Shown: positions 39,171 to 49,726 of the stretch, piece by piece
How positions within the stretch are numbered: the stretch's first letter is position 1
Layout of the letters: the number at the start of each line of letters is the position of its first letter
IMG/VR virus record: IMGVR_UViG_3300033434_000383
Coordinates: 1 to 57,119 of that record
Strand: one strand, 5' to 3'
Length of the DNA: 57,119 nt
Source of the DNA: a virus
Lineage: Duplodnaviria; Caudoviricetes
The notes under the pieces: model-generated
Told to the model about the DNA's origin: nothing
The model's input: the letters and a program-made list of their open reading frames with translations, nothing else
Databases searched by the model: none
Position numbers and translations under genes: made by a program

Positions 39171-39383
39171 CTACTCGGACGGTTTAAGTCGTGCCAATAT
39201 ATCCTCTTTAAAGAACAACCTATCATTAGTTAACTCTTTCACTGGACTAAGTTTACCACGTTTGATTAGATCAGCAACGTTCTGCCGTGAACACCCTAAC
39301 AGTGCTCTTACCTCAGTAGTATTTATTAACTCGCTTTGAATAAAAGATATTAACTCATCCCGGGTTTCAAATTGTAGTTTCAT
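39171..39383 (-). CDS. Small HTH DNA-binding protein
   Basis: INTTEV..LLGCSRQNV.DLIKRGKL.P..RLF.K.DI. Confidence 0.75.
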   Translation of the reverse strand: MKLQFETRDELISFIQSELINTTEVRALLGCSRQNVADLIKRGKLSPVKELTNDRLFFKEDILARLKPSE

Positions 39384-39550
39384 TTAAACCTCACCAACAA
39401 GTTTTTTAATACAATCAATACAAGCGCAACAACCACCAACGCATCAACTACCGTCTGCAACGTGTCCCCCCGGGGTATTCTCGTATCAAAATACAAAACA
39501 GCCATTATAATAAACAGGATGTCTCCATTAACCTTTTTAATCCAATTCAT
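39380..39550 (-). CDS. Small two-TM membrane protein
   Basis: MNWIKKV..ILFIIMAVLYF...LVVVALVLIVL; ATGA overlap with the HTH gene. Confidence 0.55.
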   Translation of the reverse strand: MNWIKKVNGDILFIIMAVLYFDTRIPRGDTLQTVVDALVVVALVLIVLKNLLVRFK

Positions 39551-39615
39551 AAATTTGATAGACGTGGTATAATAACAGTAGGATGCAGGAGAGGTTTCCC
39601 TCTCCCATTCCCGGC

Positions 39616-39813
39616 TCACTTACGTCGTTTATGCTTGCGAGGCGCGACGTTCGTGGGCTTTTGTTTTGCTATCAGCCGTTCAAGTTTTCGCTTCAACCAC
39701 CTTAGCCCTTTCAGTAACCTTTCGATTAACTGAATGCTATTATTGACTATTGCGAGGACTGCGGCGGCTATAAGAAGCGTTTCCTTGATTTTGCTGTTGT
39801 CCACATCTATCAT
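39616..39813 (-). CDS. Small membrane peptide with cationic tail (type I toxin-like)
   Basis: LLIAAAVLAIV hydrophobic segment; C-terminal PRKHKRRK; GAAAGGGGTG RBS. Confidence 0.55.
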   Translation of the reverse strand: MIDVDNSKIKETLLIAAAVLAIVNNSIQLIERLLKGLRWLKRKLERLIAKQKPTNVAPRKHKRRK

Positions 39814-39836
39814 TTCCACCCCCTTTCTATGGTTTA

Positions 39837-39869
39837 ATTATACCACTTTACTTGTCGCGAGTCAAGTAA
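39837..39869 (-). promoter_or_regulatory. Sigma-A promoter with overlapping operator
   Basis: TTGACT-N17-TATAAT with extended TG; palindrome TTACTTG-N8-CAAGTAA over the -35. Confidence 0.7.
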
Positions 39870-39934
39870 TATAAGGGGAATGTTTTACTAATATTTAGCG
39901 ATATCCGGATACCTCGCCGCTTTTTGTGTTTGAA

Positions 39935-40660
39935 TTAACTTGCTTTTCTTTGATACATTTTTACTAAAAACTCTCTCCCAATTTGAGTCCAGCGGCGATG
40001 GTAAATGACACGTCCGTTGTCAAGAACATCTTGCTTAATTTCAACATAGCCTTTGTCAGCGTATTTACTATACAGAACCCATGTCTCGTTTTGCTTAAAT
40101 TGTATTTTCCTATTAGCAAGGTCATTGTTTAAAGATGTTGCAGACTTAAATCCAAGCTCCTTTGCAATTTCAGTAGCGGTATAAGTTTTATTTACATGCA
40201 TCAAAATAGCATTGGTGCTTTCCGCCTTGATTCTCCTTGCCCGTTCTTCTTTAAGAGCCGTAAACGCTTTAATGGCCAAATCAGGGTCATTAAGTAGTTC
40301 TTCCGTTGCATACATATCGTACTTACGGATGGAGGGTAATACTTCATCAAATATCCAACGTTCAAAGCGTTCAGCTTTTTCTTTAATAACCGGATTTCTA
40401 CTTTGGTCTGCAGCTTTAACGATCAACCGATAAATATCTCCTTCTGGAATAACAAGAACTTCTTGTTCCTTTTCTGGCGATTGCGGATGAGGTACGTTCC
40501 AAGTTAGAACCCCCCTACAATGATCTCGAACAGCTTTATGAGGTATTGAGTATTCTAACGATTTCGCTACATCGCTTCCAACTGCATAAGGATTACTTTC
40601 AACTTCGACAATTCGAATTTCTCCAAACTCGGCGTTTTTAAAAATCTGTAATTTGTTCAT
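39935..40660 (-). CDS. BRO-N / KilA-C antirepressor
   Basis: FKNAEFGEIR, DVA..L.Y, IPEGDIYRL, FE.WIF.EVLP; YTATEIAKELG..WT..GREF. Confidence 0.85.
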   Translation of the reverse strand: MNKLQIFKNAEFGEIRIVEVESNPYAVGSDVAKSLEYSIPHKAVRDHCRGVLTWNVPHPQSPEKEQEVLVIPEGDIYRLIVKAADQSRNPVIKEKAERFERWIFDEVLPSIRKYDMYATEELLNDPDLAIKAFTALKEERARRIKAESTNAILMHVNKTYTATEIAKELGFKSATSLNNDLANRKIQFKQNETWVLYSKYADKGYVEIKQDVLDNGRVIYHRRWTQIGREFLVKMYQRKAS

Positions 40661-40670
40661 ACTAAGCCCC

Positions 40671-40877
40671 TCATTTTATTATTTTAACTCTGCTTGCTTT
40701 CCATTTACCGCCTTGCTTATAGCATCGTGAGTCAACAGGCTCATGCACAACAGCCGACCGAGGCACCGGCTCATAACATTCAACCTGGCCGTAGCCGTCT
40801 ATACTGACATGTCTTGCTGTACATATTTCGATGCCACGGTATTTACAATCTGTTAGCCTGCAGTCTACTATTGGCAT
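40671..40877 (-). CDS. Small Cys-containing hypothetical protein
   Basis: C...DC.Y....C.A..V pattern. Confidence 0.55.
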   Translation of the reverse strand: MPIVDCRLTDCKYRGIEICTARHVSIDGYGQVECYEPVPRSAVVHEPVDSRCYKQGGKWKASRVKIIK

Positions 40878-41040
40878 GAGGTATCACTTCCTTGTTCTTA
40901 GGTAAATATATAAAATACCTATAATAACGCTCTATCTAAACAGCTTACTGTTGCTTTCAAAGTTAATAGCCTAAAAAAGAAGCGCTAAACACAACGTTTC
41001 TTTTTTAGGCTTTGTCTCATTAGTTTATAAAACCTACTTA

Positions 41041-41598
41041 TTAGTATTTAATACAATAATTGAGCACGCTATAAGGCGGCATGTTGTTGTGAGCTCCGTC
41101 CCCACCAGTTGATTGGCTTGTTACATCATCGGTACCATCTCTATTTTCATCACCATATACAGCATTGCCAGATGTTCCACTACATTTATCTCTTGTTAGT
41201 GTTGTTGTATGAGTATGTGCTGGAATCTCATCTACCGTCAACGTATGAGTAGTTTCCCCGCCAGTAGCTGCAATAGTTGCATACGTCGAACCTAAACCAA
41301 GAACAAACTTATCTTGAAGATCAGGCACATTAAATGTAGTGCTGGCATCGCCCTCACCAAAGGTAGTTCCAATAGCTGAATACAAATCTGCATAGTCAGT
41401 ACGACTTACTGCTGAACCATCACAAACAAGCCACCCAGACGGTGCCACCGACATTGCAAACGCTTGAACAGCACCAGTAGGTATAACAGCGCTAGGCATA
41501 AAACTAGAATCAAGTACACCTTCGTCATTTAACACCGGAATTTTCCCTGCATCATCTGCTCCATTCGATTCAACAATTCCTGTTAATACAAAACTCAT
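41041..41598 (-). CDS. Stand-alone tail-collar domain protein, paralog of the fibre C-terminus
   Basis: PTGAV..APSGWLVCDG..SRT.YADLY..PDLQDKFVLG..HNNMPPY.VLNY.IKY shared with 20372-21622. Confidence 0.85.
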   Translation of the reverse strand: MSFVLTGIVESNGADDAGKIPVLNDEGVLDSSFMPSAVIPTGAVQAFAMSVAPSGWLVCDGSAVSRTDYADLYSAIGTTFGEGDASTTFNVPDLQDKFVLGLGSTYATIAATGGETTHTLTVDEIPAHTHTTTLTRDKCSGTSGNAVYGDENRDGTDDVTSQSTGGDGAHNNMPPYSVLNYCIKY

Positions 41599-41788
41599 TT
41601 TTCATTACCCCTTTCATATTACGAAATTTAAAGATTTCTAACTGCCAACTATTAACTATTTTTTAATAAACACCCCCTTTACGGGAGAACAAAAAACCCA
41701 GCAAAAACTGAGTCTTGAAAGCATGAAAAAAGCGCCATGGAAGACGCATGAGATTTTTTAGCTTATTCACTTAATAATTAAGCTCCTT

Positions 41789-43366
<1,578 letters not shown>

Positions 43367-43475
43367 TACCCCTTTCTTTTTTAGACAATAATTAAGTGCG
43401 ACAACTCATACGTTGATTTTGATAACCACCCCCTTAGAAGGAAAAACAAAAGACTCAGCTCACACTGAGTCTTTA

Positions 43476-43784
43476 TCAGTTAAATGTCGTTTCCCACTCC
43501 ATAGGATACAGACCACGTAAATAATCCTGACACTCTTTTTTTACTTTCACCGCCTCATTACCCTCACGTAGTTGATGATGCGAATAACAAAGAATGCAGC
43601 CTTTATAAATTATATCTTCCTTATAAGCCCCAGGAGGCTCATGGTGGAATTTCTCACCTAATGGAACGTGACGGTTACACCTTTTTATAATACAGGTATA
43701 ACTGTCTCGCTCATGAATTGCTTTATTTAGTTCTGCAAGTTTCTTGCCTTTTAGCCGAATGGGCTTTTTCTTTTGAAGATTCAT
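43476..43784 (-). CDS. HNH-like protein
   Basis: ERD.Y.CI..C....FHH.........LC..HH; first gene of the late region. Confidence 0.6.
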   Translation of the reverse strand: MNLQKKKPIRLKGKKLAELNKAIHERDSYTCIIKRCNRHVPLGEKFHHEPPGAYKEDIIYKGCILCYSHHQLREGNEAVKVKKECQDYLRGLYPMEWETTFN

Positions 43785-43853
43785 AACCACACGCCCCGAA
43801 ATAAAAATGCCCCCTGACAGCTCAGGAGGCATTAACTATATTTTCATACTACT

Positions 43854-43892
43854 ACTATAGCACGGAAAAACTGCTATTGAACGTAACGGTCA
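43854..43892 (-). promoter_or_regulatory. Putative late promoter
   Basis: Extended -10 TGcTATAGT, no consensus -35, pointing into the late genes. Confidence 0.4.
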
Positions 43893-43913
43893 TTAAAATT
43901 ATTGCAACAATCA

Positions 43914-43942
43914 TTTACACGTATTAGCACGTGTTATATAAT
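43914..43942 (+). promoter_or_regulatory. hicAB promoter/operator
   Basis: TTTACA-N17-TATAAT with ACACGT-N6-ACGTGT palindrome. Confidence 0.7.
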
Positions 43943-43966
43943 GAAATTACAGGGAGGGAATAATAA

Positions 43967-44161
43967 ATGCCGATGAAAGTCCGCGAAATACTTAAGCTTA
44001 TCAAAGATGATGGTTGGTACGAAGTCGAAAAGGTAGGCTCGCATCGGCAGTTCAAGCACCCAACCAAAAAGGGCAAAGTCACTGTACCAGATCACGGCAA
44101 TAATCAAGACCTTGGCCCTGCACTAGAGAAATCAATCCTAAAACAGGCTGGGCTTCGATAG
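43967..44161 (+). CDS. hicA: HicA toxin
   Basis: DGW...GSHRQFKHP.K.GKVTVP.H...DL....KSILKQAGL. Confidence 0.92.
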   Translation: MPMKVREILKLIKDDGWYEVEKVGSHRQFKHPTKKGKVTVPDHGNNQDLGPALEKSILKQAGLR

Positions 44162-44187
44162 CCCCTCGCCGCAAGGAGGATTATATA

Positions 44188-44595
44188 ATGACTAGCAAAG
44201 ATATTTATGTTTATCCCGCGGTATTTGAAAAAACCGCAACCGGCTATTCAGTAATGTTTCCCGACCTTCCCGGCTGTTTTACAGTAGGAAAAACCTTAGA
44301 GGAAGCCCATACTATGGCGCGTGAAGCTCTCGGTCTTCACCTATGGGGCTTTGAACAAGATGGAGAAGAAATCCCTAAACCATCACTTGTTGACACTCTT
44401 CAAAACGAATACCATGGTGAAGTAATAGGACTAGTCGAAGTCTCGCTGAGCACATTCCGGGCTAAATTAGACACCCGGGCAGTTAAGAAGACATTAACTA
44501 TTCCTTATTATCTCAACCAAATGGCCGAAAAAAGAAAAATTAATTTCTCTCAAGAACTACAAACAGCCCTAAAAAAACGTCTCGGTATTAACTAA
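44188..44595 (+). CDS. hicB: HicB antitoxin
   Basis: YPAVF, FPDLPGC.T.G..EEA..MA.EAL, VKKTLTIP..LN..A. Confidence 0.92.
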   Translation: MTSKDIYVYPAVFEKTATGYSVMFPDLPGCFTVGKTLEEAHTMAREALGLHLWGFEQDGEEIPKPSLVDTLQNEYHGEVIGLVEVSLSTFRAKLDTRAVKKTLTIPYYLNQMAEKRKINFSQELQTALKKRLGIN

Positions 44596-44600
44596 ATTAC

Positions 44601-44641
44601 ATATGAAGCCGTCAGTTCAACTATTACTGACGGCTTCATAT
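44601..44641. terminator. Bidirectional terminator
   Basis: ATATGAAGCCGTCAGT / ACTGACGGCTTCATAT perfect 16-bp stem. Confidence 0.8.
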
Positions 44642-44643
44642 TT

Positions 44644-45141
44644 TTAAAACCTGCACCCTGTTTTATAAGCCAGTAGCCTTGCTGTTGCCACCATGTTCTT
44701 CCACCATAGTGTAATAGAGTCTTCTGATAACCAAAACTTATCGGAAGGTACTTGGTATATATTACTCATTTCTTCAGCAAAACGTCGTTGTACATATCCC
44801 CGCCATACCTCATGACCGTTAATTTTTCTATTCTTTCTCCTAGCTTCCCGGCGAATTGCAAGAAACGTTTTCTTCTTCGGCCCTAATATACTCTCTACAA
44901 GTTCAACAGTAAGCAGCCATTTTTCAGTCTGCTCAAGTTCCTCTAATGAGATAACCTTCTGTATAACTACGTTTCCGGTTGTACCAGTACGGACAAAAAC
45001 CTCCGGCATAGAACGTTCGTCTCGGATATAATTCAAATCACTATAATATTGCTTCTTACGATCTTCATAAAACAAAAGCCATTCGGCAGCGGTTTCAAAG
45101 TCCTGGCTAATCTCCCGTAAAATATCATCTTTTCTTGCCAC
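44644..45141 (-). CDS. Probable late transcriptional activator (RinA/ArpU position)
   Basis: Last gene of the middle operon; TGTTGN...K, VE..L, C-terminal SE.SI..WW..V HTH-like; GTG after GGAGGAG. Confidence 0.55.
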   Translation of the reverse strand: MARKDDILREISQDFETAAEWLLFYEDRKKQYYSDLNYIRDERSMPEVFVRTGTTGNVVIQKVISLEELEQTEKWLLTVELVESILGPKKKTFLAIRREARRKNRKINGHEVWRGYVQRRFAEEMSNIYQVPSDKFWLSEDSITLWWKNMVATARLLAYKTGCRF

Positions 45142-45161
45142 GATAACTCCTCCCCCCAAAA

Positions 45162-45563
45162 TCAAGCAACTTCTATAATCTTTTCCTCTAATCTCTCTAT
45201 ATTAACTTCGCCTATAATTACTACTCTTATCCCCCGACACCCCGCATAGGCAATCTCGGCCATACATCCTTCCGACATCCAATACTTACCGAACACCCAA
45301 ACCTCGTCTGCGCATTCTACAAGTGAAAAGCATAACTGCATCGCATTAAACTGGTCACCATCTGGATCTAAATATCCAAATGTGTGCAGCGGCGATAGCG
45401 GCAATATGTCCCCCCTGGTCGCCAAATACTCACATATTGCTGATGCCTTTTTTATATTGCCCTCCACGTCCCCCCGTAATGGATGAGCAACATAAACCCG
45501 TTTCCTCTTTATCCCTGCCGATCTAAACAATATCTTTTCCCCCTCCACCACTGGAGCAGCCAA
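45162..45563 (-). CDS. DUF4406 / nucleoside deoxyribosyltransferase-like protein
   Basis: VYVAHP.RG..N, P.SP.H, CADEVWVFG..SEGC.AEI.YA. Confidence 0.7.
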   Translation of the reverse strand: MAAPVVEGEKILFRSAGIKRKRVYVAHPLRGDVEGNIKKASAICEYLATRGDILPLSPLHTFGYLDPDGDQFNAMQLCFSLVECADEVWVFGKYWMSEGCMAEIAYAGCRGIRVVIIGEVNIERLEEKIIEVA

Positions 45564-45749
45564 CTAGGCTACTCCTTTTCTCGTCTTTATAGGCTTTTCT
45601 TGTTTAATCTCCGGCGGTCTTTGCTCATACCATACGCATATTGGCGGACATACCAAGGTATCTACTTTAACTTTGGCCTTGCACCCTTTCCGGTTGTGTT
45701 TGCAATCGCACTTTTCCCCCATAAGGCACTCTTTCATTTTCTCCCCCAC
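45564..45749 (-). CDS. Small Cys-rich hypothetical protein
   Basis: Several Cys; co-oriented within the operon. Confidence 0.45.
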   Translation of the reverse strand: MGEKMKECLMGEKCDCKHNRKGCKAKVKVDTLVCPPICVWYEQRPPEIKQEKPIKTRKGVA

Positions 45750-45758
45750 CCTTTCACT

Positions 45759-46217
45759 TTAAAAATCGTCATCATCGTCCGGCAAACGGTCTTTGCCTTT
45801 TAAATTTAGATATTTCGAGAAGTCTAGTTCTTGACTCATTCCTTCTCCCGGTTGGTGTATTTGTACATAGATAGGTTTACCCAGCGACTCCGTAAGCTCA
45901 TGCTGATGTATTTGCTTATTCATTTGCTCTACCCGCCCTTCGTACTTCGGCATTTCTACCACAATCGGGTTACCGCAAGCGCAACGGAATATGTCTCTAT
46001 CTTCCCCCCTGGCCATTGATTGCGTGTCTGGGTTAACTACCCTACACCTGGCACAGGTTAATTCTCCGTCAATGCTGATAACTCCATAAAATGTCTGATT
46101 GCCTATTACTAATCCCCCAGTTTCCTTATCTGGATACCGTACATAAGCGCCAGTTCCACTTTTCCTTCGGCGTTTATTATCTCGCGTCCTCATTATGCAC
46201 TCTTCTGGAGCGGCCAA
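45759..46217 (-). CDS. Hypothetical protein with zinc ribbon
   Basis: CARC..FRCACG; coupled to recU. Confidence 0.55.
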   Translation of the reverse strand: MAAPEECIMRTRDNKRRRKSGTGAYVRYPDKETGGLVIGNQTFYGVISIDGELTCARCRVVNPDTQSMARGEDRDIFRCACGNPIVVEMPKYEGRVEQMNKQIHQHELTESLGKPIYVQIHQPGEGMSQELDFSKYLNLKGKDRLPDDDDDF

Positions 46218-46702
46218 AGACTTGCTACCACCTTCAAATAGTCATAATGCTTAACTTCATATTCCGACGGCATCTGCTTCATCGACAAGGATGCCGGGCC
46301 ATCTTGCTTTATCCATTCTCTCATGCCGGTATTCCAGAACGTCCATGGTATTACATATAGGCGCTGCAAATTGAACGACACCAAGATAAAAGATATTCCC
46401 CCGTCTTGATCCCACTCATCCAAAAATGCCGCCTGATGAGTTTGCAACTCCGACCAACTGATTCGTTCCTTGGCTGTATGCTTTGCGTCAAAGGCTATTG
46501 ATCGGCCCGAATATGTTCCCATGAAATCTACTGCAGCTTTTTGCTCTACTTTAGCTGATACTATTTTGCCTGTCCCATTTCGTAGCGGTATCCATTCTGT
46601 CGGAACTTTGTGTATTACAGCTTTCTTCTGATTCCGGTATGTCATGTTTAGTCTTATTATTAATTCTTCAAAGGGCTTTCCTCTATTGGCATATGTATTC
46701 AT
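46193..46702 (-). CDS. recU: Holliday junction resolvase RecU
   Basis: NRG..FE..I, K.PT, VDF.G...G..IAFDAK.T, HQ..FL. Confidence 0.88.
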   Translation of the reverse strand: MNTYANRGKPFEELIIRLNMTYRNQKKAVIHKVPTEWIPLRNGTGKIVSAKVEQKAAVDFMGTYSGRSIAFDAKHTAKERISWSELQTHQAAFLDEWDQDGGISFILVSFNLQRLYVIPWTFWNTGMREWIKQDGPASLSMKQMPSEYEVKHYDYLKVVASLWPLQKSA

Positions 46703-46830
46703 TGTTTAGCCTCTCCCTTGTATGTTTTAGCTATTTGTCCTCCCCAAGTAGCTTTTGTTCAGAATATTTGGTTTAAATTGTTCTCCTAGTGAAGACACCA
46801 ATAGGGCAGCTTATTAGGCCACCCTTCTGT

Positions 46831-47337
46831 TTAACCTATATTTAATTTAAACGGGCTTACTATAATTCGCGACTCAACATATACAGGCTTTACGTTATTG
46901 CCATTGGGGTCTTTAAACATAATCCAAGTTCCTTGTGCTGATGCCGGAGAATATAAGCCATTTAGATCAGCCTGAGGTATTGCAACAAATTCTCCCTGTG
47001 TTCGTCCTTCAATTGTTTGCTTTGGGTTATTATATTGTGTAGCTGCTGAAATTCCATAACCAATAGTTTCGCCCAGAAATATTAGTTTACCAGTATTCTC
47101 GGCGACTATATAAGTGTAAGTAGTGACCCCTTCTTGGTCACGCAGTTCGTAAATATCTTTCAGTAGCTTCTTTTCTCTAAAATTCTTAATAACAGGTGCC
47201 CCCGATTGTGCAAGTGGCTCTCGCCGCGTTTGTTCCTGTTGATAATGTTCTTGTTGTTGACTTGATGATGATGCACTACAGCCAATCAAGGACACAGTTG
47301 AAAGCATTATCATCAATACAATTATAAGTTTCTTCAT
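46831..47337 (-). CDS. Lipoprotein
   Basis: MKK-hydrophobic-LIGC lipobox; GYGI...TQY.NP..PQAD.NGLYSP.S..GTW. Confidence 0.75.
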   Translation of the reverse strand: MKKLIIVLMIMLSTVSLIGCSASSSSQQQEHYQQEQTRREPLAQSGAPVIKNFREKKLLKDIYELRDQEGVTTYTYIVAENTGKLIFLGETIGYGISAATQYNNPKQTIEGRTQGEFVAIPQADLNGLYSPASAQGTWIMFKDPNGNNVKPVYVESRIIVSPFKLNIG

Positions 47338-47703
47338 TAACGTCACCTCTGCGAATTTTTTGGTAAACTGCCTTATATCTGGAGGTAATGATGTTTAGGC
47401 AATCATAAAATAGGTCTTTCACGCTATCCCCTCCACATTATTGCCGCCAGCACCCCGGCCCCGATCAGCACTAACCAACCGATCTGAGTGCATAGCAGAT
47501 TGTATATTATGTTAGTCAGTTTTTGTATTGCCTGTCGCCTCCTTTACAAATATCCTTTCTCCTATTAGCGAATGTTTCTGATATATCACGTTTTACGAGA
47601 AAATTTTCCACTTCCTATCCATGCATAATCTGAAAAACGAAGGTAACTATAGCAATAGTTTATGTTGATATGACCTCATCTTCGAAATTGGAAGGAGAAA
47701 CTT

Positions 47704-48606
47704 ATGGCACAATTGAGCGGTTGGGTAATTAAAGTCACAAGCTCTTATGACGGAAGTAGTAATGTGGATCACACTTATGTAACTAGTAGTGACGGTCATG
47801 CCTGGGGTTGTTGGGGAAGAAGCAGTGGTGGAGTGACTATAGTAGGCCCTGTTATAGCTAGTTCAAAGCAAGCAGATTTCATGTCAAACCCTAATTCTCA
47901 TGCTGGTCTCGCTTATGGGTCTACTGGTGTTTGCCATCAGACAGCGAATCGAATACTCTACTTCACAGGAAAAATTGTTAGTGCCGCGAGAGGGTATGCT
48001 GCCTCTTCAGCTATGTTTGGCACCTATGGAAGAGGTCAACATTGTACTACTCCAGGCACCCCACCTTCTTGTCGTATACCAGACATTTATGTACAGCGAG
48101 AATGGAGGGATCGTATACGTGCTGGTTCAAAAATAAGTGGTGACATAACAAGTGAAGCACTTACACAAAGTACAACTCATGATTCAAACGAAGATACAAT
48201 GATGCAAAACTATGTAACAAAAGTTAGAATGCTTTATGAAGAAGAAATTGACGAAATCGAATCGGCAGGAATGTCATTAAATAAACAAAATGATTATCTT
48301 GCTCAAGAACTAGATCTGCTACTTGACTTTCGTCTTGGAGATCAAAAGAATAGTGAAGATCCTAAACATTTACACGAATACCAGTCTGCTATGTTAGCTA
48401 AAAAGAATGATTTTTACGAAGAACTTATGAAAAATAATATTACACCCGAAGAATATGCGAATAAACTTAACAATCTTATTTCCGATTTCCTCAAAAAGAG
48501 TGTTACTGTGTTAGGAAAAGAGAAATATAGTAAACTGTTCAACCTAGAACCATATGAAAGTGTTCAAATTGTTGATCCAGAAATCATGAAAATATCAATA
48601 CAGTGA
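47704..48606 (+). CDS. Moron protein with possible permuted papain-like N-terminal domain
   Basis: Opposite orientation to its neighbours; GGAAGGAG RBS; DHTYV..YG.TGVCHQ.ANR His-then-Cys order; helical acidic C-terminus. Confidence 0.6.
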   Translation: MAQLSGWVIKVTSSYDGSSNVDHTYVTSSDGHAWGCWGRSSGGVTIVGPVIASSKQADFMSNPNSHAGLAYGSTGVCHQTANRILYFTGKIVSAARGYAASSAMFGTYGRGQHCTTPGTPPSCRIPDIYVQREWRDRIRAGSKISGDITSEALTQSTTHDSNEDTMMQNYVTKVRMLYEEEIDEIESAGMSLNKQNDYLAQELDLLLDFRLGDQKNSEDPKHLHEYQSAMLAKKNDFYEELMKNNITPEEYANKLNNLISDFLKKSVTVLGKEKYSKLFNLEPYESVQIVDPEIMKISIQ

Positions 48607-48610
48607 TCAA

Positions 48611-48988
48611 TTAAAACGGAATTTCTTCTTCCGGGAATACTTGCCCACCAAAACCATGATTATCTTCTTGCTGAATTTTACGTTCCAGAAACTCCATGTT
48701 CTGAGCTATCACCTCGGCTACTCTGCGCTTTTGACCGTCGTTTGCTTCATACGATCTTATCTGTAGCCGTCCCTCAATTAGTACCCGCTGCCCTTTTGAC
48801 AAGTTATTGCCGCAAATCTCCGCGAGTTTCTCCCATACCACAATTGGAATAAAATCAGCTTCTGGGTGCTGCCCTTTTCCTACAATGCGGTTTACAGCAA
48901 GGTTAAAAGATGCAACCGCCTTTCCCCCTTGGGTGTATCTCACTTCCGGGTCCTGGGTTAATCTCCCCACTAGTATCACTTTATTCAT
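48611..48988 (-). CDS. ssb: Single-stranded DNA-binding protein
   Basis: MNKVILVGRLT.DPE.RYT...; acidic EEEIPF tail. Confidence 0.95.
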   Translation of the reverse strand: MNKVILVGRLTQDPEVRYTQGGKAVASFNLAVNRIVGKGQHPEADFIPIVVWEKLAEICGNNLSKGQRVLIEGRLQIRSYEANDGQKRRVAEVIAQNMEFLERKIQQEDNHGFGGQVFPEEEIPF

Positions 48989-49012
48989 GTTGCTTCTCCT
49001 GCTCCGTTATTT

Positions 49013-49726
49013 TTATACCGCCCTGGGCCTTAGACTTTGCCCCGCAAAGCTTACCGTCAGCATAGTAGACCGCATTCGGTCAATAACTCTTTCCGCATAG
49101 GTTTTACTAAGTTGGTCAACGCTTAAATTCGTTGTAATTATCACCGGTAACATGTTGTTATATCGTTCACTGATAATGGCATCAACCTTTGTTAGTACCC
49201 AACCTTCGGTGTGTTCAGCTCCAAGGTCATCAATAACAAGGATTTTGGTTCCCCTGAGATTGTTTTCAAACTTTGCCCACTCTCCAACGTTTTTGGCCTT
49301 TAGGCTAAATATGGTATCAAGCAGACTTGCCATTGATATAAACATTCCCTGTCCACCCTGGTGGATATGGTGTAAAAGCACTGCTGCCGCCAATGATGTT
49401 TTCATTGTTCCGACAGGCCCCTTTAACAAAAGACCGGTACCGTTTTTTATATTTTCGCCGATATTATCGGCGTATTTTTTTACCTCCAGGTATTCCCCCC
49501 GGATGCCAGCTGGTATCCGCTTTTTATTCATCTCATCAAAAGTACAATTGTGGTACCTTACCCCCAGACCTGAACGTTTAACAGCCTCCGCTATTCGCCT
49601 CTGGTTTTGTTCCTGGTTAAACTCAGAGAGCTCGTTGCTTTTCAGCGTCCCAGTCGACTTCGCTTGGCTTTGTGCCTGCTTTGCTTTTTCTATAGCTGCC
49701 TCTATTTCCCGATTTACTAGTTCCAT
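49013..49726 (-). CDS. DnaC/IstB-like helicase loader ATPase
   Basis: GPVGTMKT Walker A variant, LVIDDLG, RY...P.IITTN, RV.DR. Confidence 0.88.
   Translation of the reverse strand: MELVNREIEAAIEKAKQAQSQAKSTGTLKSNELSEFNQEQNQRRIAEAVKRSGLGVRYHNCTFDEMNKKRIPAGIRGEYLEVKKYADNIGENIKNGTGLLLKGPVGTMKTSLAAAVLLHHIHQGGQGMFISMASLLDTIFSLKAKNVGEWAKFENNLRGTKILVIDDLGAEHTEGWVLTKVDAIISERYNNMLPVIITTNLSVDQLSKTYAERVIDRMRSTMLTVSFAGQSLRPRAV

Noticed and set aside
20372-41598. Diversity-generating retroelement (fibre C-terminus and collar paralog as VR/TR)
   Set aside because: No reverse transcriptase in the window; differences are largely synonymous and not adenine-specific; both copies are intact ORFs
46831-47337. 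Lipoprotein as an o-spanin
   Set aside because: It lies in the middle operon far from the lysis genes and has no adjacent i-spanin partner
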